Shown one piece after another: positions 1-8,687 of a DNA stretch of 64,000 bases (position 1 is the stretch's first letter; each line of letters starts with the position of its first letter). The stretch spans positions 8,707 through 72,706 of the forward strand of contig CAZHTM010000008.1 of NCBI GenBank assembly GCA_964535735.1, in the 5' to 3' direction. A program made the position numbers and the translations under genes. The notes below the pieces were generated by a model that made no database searches, was not told the DNA's origin, and was given only the letters and a program-made list of their open reading frames with translations. Source of the stretch: an uncultured bacterium. Its GTDB lineage: Bacteria; Fidelibacterota; Marinisomatia; Marinisomatales; J089.

Positions 1-1811
1 AGTCGATTTATTTCGGAGAGGGGACAGGTGTTGCATCTTACAAGGGGCCTGATGCTAAGCTTATTGAAGTGCGGCGACGTGCACGGTTGATGTTGCAACC
101 GATGGATTTCTCCAAGTGGATGTATTTGACCAATACGGAAGAACCAGGCGGCGGCCCTTACACCGATGGTACGGTCAACTTTGGACCCAACGATGCATTG
201 GAGGGGCGGATTCACACCAACGGACACATCACGATGAGTACGTTTGGGTGTCCTTCATTCGCTGAGGGGAGCAAAGTGGTGGCGGTCAATGGTTTCTCGC
301 TCAATGGATGCAATTACGATGAGGACATTCTGGATCCAACCGCTCCAGTTGATTCCATTGAATTCCCTCCTGGTCGTTCAGTGGAAATTACCAAGTCCAA
401 GGCCAATTGGGTTTATACTGGCGATGATCTACTATTCCGGGGAGCGTTAAAAGATACCTTAATTATGACTCAAATCGAGTTTGTTAGTGGCGGATTTAAA
501 GTCAGCCAATGGACGTATCTTATTCCACCGGTAGCGGTGGATGGGCCACCACCAACTGAATTTGTTTGGGACACAGGAGGGAGTGCGTCTGGAATATCTT
601 CCGGCCGTGCCAATTTTAATCTGCCATTTAGTAATGTGTTCGGATATGCCAATTCCGATACGCTCATTATCAGCGATCACGATGCTAATGGAAGTTCCAT
701 AAGCGCAATCATGACCCAGTATTCGGTAGGCGACAGTATTTTGGTCACGTCTAAAGATACGATTACCAAATTCTGGGGCGGATTCATTACATCGAAAGTG
801 CATGTAGGCAATCTCTACATTATCGGGGTCGGAACCTGGTCACAGTCCTTTGTCGGAGGAGGATTCGTGGATGGGGAAGGAGTTGAATTGTCCTACAAAG
901 CCCCACTGGACCAGAGTCTTGCGTTCAATAATTTTGCCTACTACCATAATCATTCCAACAACCGGTTCAGCCATTGCAAAGCCGATGGTTTTCACAATTT
1001 TGATTTTGAACCTGGTATAGATGGTCCTGATGTAATGCCAGAAAGAATGGTTTATGCCGATCAGGGAGTGATTTATGTCCAGAACGGTCAGGTACGTATC
1101 AAGGGAGTTGTTGACGGTAATTTTACGATCGTGACGGATGAATATACCGAGTACCGCCGCCATGATGATCCCACCATAATTGATCGGGTCTACGATAACA
1201 TTTGGTTGATTGACGATATATATTATGCTGATTCAGATCCATTCACAGGTGAGGTGGCCTATCCTTCGGCAAACCGTTTGGGATTGGTTTCAGGCGCCAA
1301 TATAATAATCGCCAATACAGCCGCAAATGGGGCTCGTAATCGGGCCAATGGACAAGATATTGTAATCAATGCGGCTCTTTTGGCGTTGAAAGAATCGTTT
1401 GTGGCTCATTATTGGCAAAACACCGTCACCGATCCGGCGCTCTATGGGCCTAACATGTCAAATTTCAATCTATCAAAAGGAGACGGGCGTGGCCCTTTCA
1501 GAAACCCCAATCAGCTAACGCCATCCACTACCGGTCAAAGCGATATTCGTGGCGTCGTGCATTTCTGGGGATCAATATCCCAGGCGAAACGGGGCTATAT
1601 GAAACGGAATAATCCCGGCCCTTATAATGTGTTTCCTGGGATCGGATATGACAAAGATTATCATTATGATTACAATTTCAGCGATTTTTATGGACCTATT
1701 CATTTCCCGGTGACCTCCGGGACTGATGGTGGGGTCAATTTGACGATGAAATCTTATGGAGAAATACCAAGTGAATTGCCTTCTCAAAATACGAACGGGA
1801 CGATGCCATGA
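1..1811 (+). CDS. large pilus-operon protein of unknown function, 5'-truncated at window edge
   Basis: Frame 3 is open from nt 3 to the GTG at 69, so the gene most likely starts upstream of the window. Its stop overlaps the pilM start (ATGA at 1808-1811). No catalytic motif was recognised. The sequence is Gly/Asn/Asp-rich and beta-type (GRIHTNGHI, VIYVQNGQVRIKGVVDGNFTIV, GANIIIANTAANG), reminiscent of large pilus-tip/PilX-PilY-class accessory proteins. Confidence 0.55.
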   Translation, partial: SIYFGEGTGVASYKGPDAKLIEVRRRARLMLQPMDFSKWMYLTNTEEPGGGPYTDGTVNFGPNDALEGRIHTNGHITMSTFGCPSFAEGSKVVAVNGFSLNGCNYDEDILDPTAPVDSIEFPPGRSVEITKSKANWVYTGDDLLFRGALKDTLIMTQIEFVSGGFKVSQWTYLIPPVAVDGPPPTEFVWDTGGSASGISSGRANFNLPFSNVFGYANSDTLIISDHDANGSSISAIMTQYSVGDSILVTSKDTITKFWGGFITSKVHVGNLYIIGVGTWSQSFVGGGFVDGEGVELSYKAPLDQSLAFNNFAYYHNHSNNRFSHCKADGFHNFDFEPGIDGPDVMPERMVYADQGVIYVQNGQVRIKGVVDGNFTIVTDEYTEYRRHDDPTIIDRVYDNIWLIDDIYYADSDPFTGEVAYPSANRLGLVSGANIIIANTAANGARNRANGQDIVINAALLALKESFVAHYWQNTVTDPALYGPNMSNFNLSKGDGRGPFRNPNQLTPSTTGQSDIRGVVHFWGSISQAKRGYMKRNNPGPYNVFPGIGYDKDYHYDYNFSDFYGPIHFPVTSGTDGGVNLTMKSYGEIPSELPSQNTNGTMP

Positions 1812-2866
1812 TTGTTGGTCTTGATATTGGACGACAGGTCATCAAAGCGGTAGCCGTAGAAAAGACAAAAGCGGGATTTAAACTCTTAAATATTGGAGAA
1901 CGGTTGGTTCCGGAATCCAATAAAGCGTTTGACCCCGATTCCATCACCCAACCCATTTGGGTCATTGCTATTCGGGAAGTGTTGAGGGATATGAAATTAA
2001 ATCCTCGACGGATTAGAAATTTAGTCTCCGGGTTAAATGGGTCCAAGGTGAGCATTAAACAAATCACCACCATGGAAATGTCTTCGGACGAACTGGTTTC
2101 CGCGATGACGTTTGAAGCCAGGAAGCATATTCCCATGGACGGTTCCGAAGCGGTCATCGATTTTCAGATTCTTGGTCCGAATAAGAAGGAAGTGGATAAA
2201 ATCGACGTTGGCTTGGTGGCGTGTACGCAAAAGGTAATCAACAGCCATTTGGATTTATTAAAAGATGCGGGGTTAAAACCCGGTATTGTAGACACGGATC
2301 CTTTGGCGGTGATTAATGCGTATATCACTAAACATGATTTGCCGGATGAGGGCGTTGTAGTGCTCGTAGACATCGGGTCGTTATCCACATCGCTTATTGT
2401 CCGGGGCCGAATGGATGAATTGTTCATTCGGGATATTCCCATTGGGGGACATCATTTCGTGAAATGGTTAAGTAAATCGCTATCCCAGGATTATCCACAA
2501 GCGGAAGAATCGCTGGCCAGATCTGGCATATCGGCTCATTTGGAAGGTAAATCGGAAACAGAATCGGCACATAGCATTGCCGTGGCAGACCGAACTATCT
2601 ATGACAATCTTGTCGAAGATATACGCCGTTCATTACGCTATTATGCCAAGACCACGGGACAGAGTTTTTTCCAGAAGATCATCCTCAGTGGAGGAGGTGC
2701 GCTTACACCGGGATTGGCAGAATTCATCCAGGAAAAATTGAATGTGGAAACTACCTTGTTTGATCCGCTGGAGATTTTGGATGGCGTAGAAAAATTTGAG
2801 GTTCCCAATCGCGCACAATATGCGGTGGCCACCGGATTAGCAATCCGGGGAGGGATTGAAGAATGA
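1808..2866 (+). CDS. pilM: type IV pilus assembly protein PilM (actin-like ATPase fold)
   Basis: 352 aa. It has an N-terminal IVGLDIG and FtsA/actin-like blocks (VLVDIGSLSTSL, ILSGGGA). It sits directly upstream of pilN/O/P/Q with ATGA overlaps on both sides. Confidence 0.85.
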   Translation: MIVGLDIGRQVIKAVAVEKTKAGFKLLNIGERLVPESNKAFDPDSITQPIWVIAIREVLRDMKLNPRRIRNLVSGLNGSKVSIKQITTMEMSSDELVSAMTFEARKHIPMDGSEAVIDFQILGPNKKEVDKIDVGLVACTQKVINSHLDLLKDAGLKPGIVDTDPLAVINAYITKHDLPDEGVVVLVDIGSLSTSLIVRGRMDELFIRDIPIGGHHFVKWLSKSLSQDYPQAEESLARSGISAHLEGKSETESAHSIAVADRTIYDNLVEDIRRSLRYYAKTTGQSFFQKIILSGGGALTPGLAEFIQEKLNVETTLFDPLEILDGVEKFEVPNRAQYAVATGLAIRGGIEE

Positions 2867-3471
2867 AAAAATACATTCTGATCAACCTGAACAAGGCCGA
2901 GAGTCGCGAATCGAAGATGGAACGATGGCGGGAACGAAGCCGTTGGGGACTGTTTACTGGGCTGCTCTTAATTCTAGTGGGATTAAATATCAGTGTCTTC
3001 TTGATAAGCCGCGGCTACCAGCATTTAATTGAGCAAAAAAGTCAGGAAATAGTGGATATTAAACAGCAAATCCAATCCTTGCAGGCTAAAGGAAAAAATC
3101 TATCCAAAGCGGACATTTTTTCGTTGGCCAGATTGGAACAGGACCGGGTGCTCTGGGCCAAGAACATGGAATTGCTGGGTAAAATGACTCCTGATGATAT
3201 GGCAATCACGGGTTTGACCTACAAGCATAGAAAGCTGGTGATTCAGGGGATAGCGACAATATACGAGGATCAAAAAGACTTTGATATTATTCGGAAATTC
3301 ATGAACAAACTCCAAGAGAATAAGGAGTTCTCTAAAAATTTCAACCGCATCAAATTCGTTAAAAGTGCCAAACAAAATATCCGGGGGCAAACGATTCTGG
3401 TGTTTGAAATCCAGGCGGACGTGAAGTCCGGAATTCAAAGCAATCAACGAGGACGTAGGAGGACAACCTGA
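2863..3471 (+). CDS. pilN: type IV pilus assembly protein PilN
   Basis: 202 aa. It has a short cytoplasmic N-terminus with an INL motif, one TM helix (WGLFTGLLLILVGLNISVFLI), a coiled coil, then an alpha/beta domain. Its start forms an ATGA overlap with pilM. Confidence 0.7.
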   Translation: MKKYILINLNKAESRESKMERWRERSRWGLFTGLLLILVGLNISVFLISRGYQHLIEQKSQEIVDIKQQIQSLQAKGKNLSKADIFSLARLEQDRVLWAKNMELLGKMTPDDMAITGLTYKHRKLVIQGIATIYEDQKDFDIIRKFMNKLQENKEFSKNFNRIKFVKSAKQNIRGQTILVFEIQADVKSGIQSNQRGRRRTT

Positions 3472-4046
3472 TGGCGGTGCGGAATACCTGGCTGTTTATT
3501 TTGTCAGTGGTGCTAACGGCTCTCTTCTGGATCCAAACTACCGTATTATTCAAGGATAAACCGAGAAAAATCCGGGATTTGGAGGCGCAACAGACGGAAT
3601 TAAACGAACAATTAATCAGCGCCCAGATTTTGGCCAGTAAATTGGATCGCGTATACACCCTATTTGAAGAAAACCTGGCCTTATCTTCCCGGGATTCTTT
3701 AGCTGAGGACGCATCCATTGCGTTTATTGATGACCTAACCGAGATGCTAGAACGACAAAATATTTCCCTGGAATCCATCAAACCCAAGGAACGGGTGGAG
3801 CGGGGAAATTATATTATGTCTCCCTATCAACTCTTAATTCGGTGTTCCTTTGATCAGTTGGGGGAATTCATGGCTGAATTGGAACGTTCACCACGGTTGA
3901 TTTCGGTGGACGAGTTCACCGTGAATAACGGAATTGAGCGTATTAAAAACATATCTCGCGAAGAAGAATTACGAACCCAATTGGTGGAGTTGAGCTTATC
4001 GACCCTCACTTTGGTTAAATCATCAGAAAAAGGTGGAGGCGTCTAA
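3471..4046 (+). CDS. pilO: type IV pilus assembly protein PilO
   Basis: 191 aa with an N-terminal TM helix, a coiled coil and a C-terminal alpha/beta domain. Its start forms a TGATG overlap with pilN. The call rests on architecture and synteny. Confidence 0.6.
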   Translation: MAVRNTWLFILSVVLTALFWIQTTVLFKDKPRKIRDLEAQQTELNEQLISAQILASKLDRVYTLFEENLALSSRDSLAEDASIAFIDDLTEMLERQNISLESIKPKERVERGNYIMSPYQLLIRCSFDQLGEFMAELERSPRLISVDEFTVNNGIERIKNISREEELRTQLVELSLSTLTLVKSSEKGGGV

Positions 4047-4579
4047 TGGTGGATCGCAATCATACCCTTTGGGTTCTATTAGTATGGTTTACAGTGGTGC
4101 TCATTTTAGTATCGGTTGGCAAACTGTATCCCACCATAAAAGAATGGAGGAAAGTAAAATCCCGTGCAGCACAGGTTCAGTTCGGAACCGATAAACAGTT
4201 GGAATCGGAAATCGAATACCTGGAAGATCGGCTTAAGGCGCGAAGCGAATACCGGTTTACCATGGAAAATGAACCAATGCGGCTGACCAATGTTCTCTAT
4301 CTGACCGATCAATATGGCCGCCGAACCAGCCGTAATCGCGGTAAAATTCGTATATCTGCCGTGATTTACGGGACCACGGAAACGCAGGCTATTATTAATT
4401 ACAAAGATGTCAATTTTACCGTATCTGTTGGTGATTCAATCGATAAATATGTGGTGGCATGGATTGATACCGATGAAGTGGTGTTGACAAGTGGGGATAA
4501 AGAATATCATTACCCGGTGGTTACATCGGCAATCGACCGTGAATCCGACCAACCGGAAATAATTCGTAGGAGTAATTAA
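4046..4579 (+). CDS. PilP-like pilus assembly protein (TM-anchored)
   Basis: 177 aa with an N-terminal TM anchor and a C-terminal beta domain (IRISAVIYGTTETQAIINYKDVNFTVSVGDSI...VAWIDTDEVVL). It has a TAATG overlap with pilO and lies between pilO and pilQ. Confidence 0.5.
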   Translation: MVDRNHTLWVLLVWFTVVLILVSVGKLYPTIKEWRKVKSRAAQVQFGTDKQLESEIEYLEDRLKARSEYRFTMENEPMRLTNVLYLTDQYGRRTSRNRGKIRISAVIYGTTETQAIINYKDVNFTVSVGDSIDKYVVAWIDTDEVVLTSGDKEYHYPVVTSAIDRESDQPEIIRRSN

Positions 4580-4583
4580 ACGT

Positions 4584-6059
4584 ATGATGAACAGGTGTAT
4601 GACGGCTGTGGTGTTAATGGTTGCGTTAACCGGAATACTGACAGCGCAAGATCAGGGAACGATAAGTTCTAACGAAGCTAACAAACCGACTTTGGTCACA
4701 TTGCATGCGGAAGATGCATTCCTTCCCAGTATTCTGGCTATCCTTGCAAAAGAGAGCGGATACAATATCGTTACCGATCCTACCGTTAACCGGCAGGATA
4801 AAATATCGATTCACATTGAGGATGTCCCCATCGAACAGGCGATTAATTTGGTTGTTCGCGCTGTGGGGCTCAGTTACGAAGTTGTGGGAAATTCGTTTTT
4901 AATTGCCGAACCGAAAAAACTGGCTGAAGAAGTAGGTGTTACCAGTCATGTGATAGAACTTAAATATGCGTCGGCGGAGGAAGTGAAGCAATTACTCCAG
5001 GATCTAACCGAACAAATCCAGGTCGATGTTTCCGGGAATAAATTATTAGTGAACGCCAGCCCTAAGAAACTGGCTGAAATTGGAGAAGTGGTTAAAAAAA
5101 TCGATGTTCCAGCCATTCAGATTTTATTGGAATTACGTTTAATTGAAGTGGCACAGGACGAAGAAGAGAGATTGGGCATTGATTGGTCAAAATTGGCGAA
5201 ATATACCACGATTTTAGCCGAGAATGGCGTACCGCCGGCAGGAATTCCAGGTGCGGGCTCAATTGTCCCGGGATTAACGCAAAGCGCTGATTCCCAAAGT
5301 GGCGGCGCCATTGAAGACTATCAGGCGCAGCCTCGTGATGTACTACCACAGGATATGATTTTCAACCGGTTGAATAAGGATAATATTTTCGCATTTCAAA
5401 ATGGATTCAGTCGTCAGATGACCGCGTTTGACGTTACGTTGGACTTCCTTCTGAAAGAAAATAAAGCAGAAATCCTGGCTGATTCAAAATTGGTCACGCT
5501 CAATGGCCGGGAAGCCTCCATTAAGATGCTGGATATTGTGCCCTACATTCTCAGTTCTGGTGGCGTTGGCGGGCAGGTTCAGGTTCAACGGGAGGAAGTG
5601 GGTATCAAGCTCACTATTTTACCCACGGTGAATACCGATGGTTACATTACGGTCAAAGTGGAACCGGAAGTCAGCTCAATTTTTGAGTTTATTGGTCCTG
5701 ATAAAAATATTCCCCGGGTGAAAAGCCGGCGAAGTGAAACAACCATTCGTGTACAAGATGGAGAATCCATCGTTATCGGGGGTTTAATTGCCCGGGATCG
5801 GAAAGTCACAGAATATAAAGTACCGATTCTCAATAAACTGCCATGGATTGGAAAAAAACTATTCACGAGTAGAGATGTGCTGGATAAAAAAACAGATTTA
5901 ATTATTCAGATTACGCCATCCATCGTAAAGGATAATTATACCCATCTTGGAAAGACCAAGGAGATGGAGGAATTTGAGAATAGCCTGAAGACGACCTTGC
6001 GGGGTGAACCGGCCGAAACGGATTCACTCCAGGCAGGGGAGGAGAGTACCGATGAGTAA
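4584..6059 (+). CDS. pilQ: type IV pilus secretin PilQ
   Basis: 491 aa. It has a signal peptide, an N0/STN-like domain (LPSILAILAKESGYNIV...IEQAINLVVRAVGL) and a C-terminal secretin domain (VIGGLIARDRKVTEYKVPILNKLPWIGKKLF...LIIQITPSIV). Confidence 0.85.
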   Translation: MMNRCMTAVVLMVALTGILTAQDQGTISSNEANKPTLVTLHAEDAFLPSILAILAKESGYNIVTDPTVNRQDKISIHIEDVPIEQAINLVVRAVGLSYEVVGNSFLIAEPKKLAEEVGVTSHVIELKYASAEEVKQLLQDLTEQIQVDVSGNKLLVNASPKKLAEIGEVVKKIDVPAIQILLELRLIEVAQDEEERLGIDWSKLAKYTTILAENGVPPAGIPGAGSIVPGLTQSADSQSGGAIEDYQAQPRDVLPQDMIFNRLNKDNIFAFQNGFSRQMTAFDVTLDFLLKENKAEILADSKLVTLNGREASIKMLDIVPYILSSGGVGGQVQVQREEVGIKLTILPTVNTDGYITVKVEPEVSSIFEFIGPDKNIPRVKSRRSETTIRVQDGESIVIGGLIARDRKVTEYKVPILNKLPWIGKKLFTSRDVLDKKTDLIIQITPSIVKDNYTHLGKTKEMEEFENSLKTTLRGEPAETDSLQAGEESTDE

Positions 6060-8673
6060 AATAAATTTATTTACCCGCCTTTTAATGTTAAGTGGTGGTC
6101 TATCTCTGGTTGTTTTGACCAGTTGTGATGATCGCGTACCACAAAGCACATCGTCCAATTATGTTCTCTCTATAAAAACCAACGCTATTGCCTACGACAC
6201 CAACGATAACGAGATAGTTGTTGGGGAAGATTTACTGGGTAACGCAACAGTAACTCGGGTAACAACTACTTTATTGGACAATAATGGAAGCCCGGTGTCA
6301 GGTAAAGTTATCCAATTTTCCGCTCAATTAAATGGAAATGCCGTCGGATCTTTTAATCCCACCGAAACAGCAACCAATAACGATGGTTTGGCCGTTTCAT
6401 ATTTTTCCGATGATGGACATGCTGGGGACATTATCTTAAAGGCCAGTTTGGACTCCGAAATCCAAGACACAAAAGTCATAAGTGTCGTTGATACCAGCGC
6501 TACGGCCGTATGGCCCTATTATCTAAATGTATCGGCTAGCAATTCTACAATTCAGGTGGACAATGGACAGACCTGGGCCGACATAACGGCTTTAGTCACC
6601 AATCGACGCGGATTCCCCATTCAGGGATTGGAAATTTATTTCACGTTAAATCCGCCGGATATTGGTGTTTTGGCTGCTGAAATAGTAGTCACCGATTCCG
6701 CCGGAAAAGCAAGGGTCCGATTTGAAGATACGGGCAATGTAGATAATGTAGGGACGGCCTCAATCCTGACTCAGTATTCCCATCCAATGTTTGGCGCGTT
6801 AACGGATTCTGTCCAGGTTTCCATAGCCAGTCCGGTTAATTATTCTCTGACGGTCAATTCCATTCCAGTGGCGATTGATTTATCCAGCAATGATCGGATT
6901 AATGTAGGTGAAGATGTTGCGGGACCCAATGCGTACACACTGGTAGTGGCCAGTTTGAAAGATCAAAATGGAAATCCGGTTGGGGGCCAGCTACTTAGTT
7001 TCAGCGCTTCTGTACTGGGTGCTTCAAGCGGAAGTTTTGATATTTACAGTGTGTCCACAAATACGGAGGGATTGGCGTCGGTCCTTTACGAGGATAATGG
7101 TGCCGCGGTAGATAATCCTGGAACGCCGACTTACGAAGGTGTGATTGCAACCGCCCGGCTGAATAACGATATTCAGGCGTCTACCAAATTCAACGTCTAT
7201 GCCGGTGAAACCGATGTGTGGCCTTATCGCATTATTCTCAGCACGGATACGGACGTTATTCAACTGGATAACGGCGCCACTAAAGCGCAGGTGACTGTTC
7301 GTGTTTTAAATCGCGCCAACCGGCCATTGCCTAACCTTGAGATTGCGTTTGACGCCAGTCTGGGCTTTATCACTGAAAGCGCTATTACCGACTCCACGGG
7401 ATCGATTACTACTGATTTCACCGATTTGGGGAACCCTGAAGATGTGGGTGTTTCCACAATCACCGTGTCCTACGATCATCCTAGTTATGGCAGCGTAGCC
7501 GATTCTTTGTTTATCAGTATTGAAGACCAGTCCTTCAGCGGGACACCGGCGTACATCGAAATTCCACCGTCCAATCCCAATCGTATTATGGTTGTTGGCG
7601 GCGGCGGCCGGGAATCAACGACCATTAAAGCGGAAGTGTACGATGAAAATGGCGTTTTGGTGGATTCTCCCACGCTAGTGACCTTTACCCTGGGACCTTC
7701 TGTACCTGATGGGGCCAATTTGAATAATGCCGGTTTATCGGATACGGCCTATACAGTGAACGGCGTCGCTTCCGTGTCCTTGAACAGTGGAACCCGCCCG
7801 GGACCGATTCGGGTCACGGCCTCCGTGCAATTATCGGATGGCAGTACGATTACCGCTACCCGGGATAATCAGGCCATTATAGTGACCGGTCCGGCGCAAT
7901 ATATTTTCCCGGATGTCGATTATACATCCAATGAACCGATCGGCGGCGGGATGTATCGTATGGAAGTGGCCGCTTTAGTCTATGACCTTTGGTATAATCC
8001 TGTAGCTGACACGACCCACGTTTATTGGACGATGGAGCCTTCTGCTTCAGACGCCGACGGGATATTGGATGCCTTTGTGGAAGGCGTAAGCTTTACCGGC
8101 AATGAAAACCTGAGCGGACAGACTTATCCAGGAGTATCTTATTCTACTGTGATTTATCCCAGCCGGGATATATTCAGTGTCGCCAAACTGACGGCCCTCT
8201 GTTTTGGCGGTGATTTGAATGGTGATGGGGTGTTTGGAGATTCAGTATATGCTTCCGTGGAAAATGATGTGGTGATGCCTTTCTTCCCGGGTAATCTGAT
8301 GGTGACCGTAACGCCATCGTTCTGGGATTTCACTACCATGAGTCCCAATCCTAGTGCTCCGATTCCTGCTCCAATCCAAATCACAGCGACGCTCACAGAT
8401 TATTATAATAACCCGGTGGAAAATGGCCATCTGCTTTTTGCCGCCACAGGAGCCAGTGATTTGCAACCCTCGAATATTATGATCACGGATGCCAATGGTC
8501 AGGCCACAGTGATCGGGACTTTTGATCCAGGGATTTGCATTCCTCAGCCCAATACAGATCCTCAGCTTTATGAGGATTTCACAGCCACGGTGATGGTTAC
8601 GTTGATTGATCCTATTATGATCTCCAGCGAACCGGTGGAAATCCTGTTTATTCGCAGTCCCATTATTCCGTAA
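6052..8673 (+). CDS. large lipoprotein with multiple bacterial Ig-like (Big_1/invasin-type) domains
   Basis: The ORF track starts at 6004, but the ATG at 6052 gives a lipoprotein signal MSKINLFTRLLMLSGGLSLVVLTSC (lipobox LTSC) on an 8-nt ATGAGTAA overlap with pilQ. Big-type motifs recur (TLLDNNGSPVSGKVIQFSA, SLKDQNGNPVGGQLLSFSA, TATLTDYYNNPVENGHLLFAA). Confidence 0.75.
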   Translation: MSKINLFTRLLMLSGGLSLVVLTSCDDRVPQSTSSNYVLSIKTNAIAYDTNDNEIVVGEDLLGNATVTRVTTTLLDNNGSPVSGKVIQFSAQLNGNAVGSFNPTETATNNDGLAVSYFSDDGHAGDIILKASLDSEIQDTKVISVVDTSATAVWPYYLNVSASNSTIQVDNGQTWADITALVTNRRGFPIQGLEIYFTLNPPDIGVLAAEIVVTDSAGKARVRFEDTGNVDNVGTASILTQYSHPMFGALTDSVQVSIASPVNYSLTVNSIPVAIDLSSNDRINVGEDVAGPNAYTLVVASLKDQNGNPVGGQLLSFSASVLGASSGSFDIYSVSTNTEGLASVLYEDNGAAVDNPGTPTYEGVIATARLNNDIQASTKFNVYAGETDVWPYRIILSTDTDVIQLDNGATKAQVTVRVLNRANRPLPNLEIAFDASLGFITESAITDSTGSITTDFTDLGNPEDVGVSTITVSYDHPSYGSVADSLFISIEDQSFSGTPAYIEIPPSNPNRIMVVGGGGRESTTIKAEVYDENGVLVDSPTLVTFTLGPSVPDGANLNNAGLSDTAYTVNGVASVSLNSGTRPGPIRVTASVQLSDGSTITATRDNQAIIVTGPAQYIFPDVDYTSNEPIGGGMYRMEVAALVYDLWYNPVADTTHVYWTMEPSASDADGILDAFVEGVSFTGNENLSGQTYPGVSYSTVIYPSRDIFSVAKLTALCFGGDLNGDGVFGDSVYASVENDVVMPFFPGNLMVTVTPSFWDFTTMSPNPSAPIPAPIQITATLTDYYNNPVENGHLLFAATGASDLQPSNIMITDANGQATVIGTFDPGICIPQPNTDPQLYEDFTATVMVTLIDPIMISSEPVEILFIRSPIIP
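6160..7520 (+). repeat. protein-level tandem duplication (~225 aa x2, each about two Big domains) inside the lipoprotein gene
   Basis: Unit 1 is YVLSIKTN...VWPYYLNVSASNSTIQVDNGQTWADITALV...DSVQVSI. Unit 2 is YSLTVNSI...VWPYRIILSTDTDVIQLDNGATKAQVTVRV...DSLFISI. They are colinear with clear but diverged similarity. No DNA-level repeat is obvious. Confidence 0.6.
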
Positions 8674-8687
8674 CTCAAGGATCGTTG

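Noticed and set aside
1735-3787. Several 90-142-aa minus-strand ORFs inside pilM/pilN/pilO (for example 1735-2157, 2164-2442, 3100-3447, 3359-3787).
   Set aside because: All are antisense to a tightly coupled pil operon, and none has a motif or plausible RBS context. The same reasoning applies to the other 60-130-aa antisense ORFs throughout the track (for example 43416-43781 and 48765-49157).
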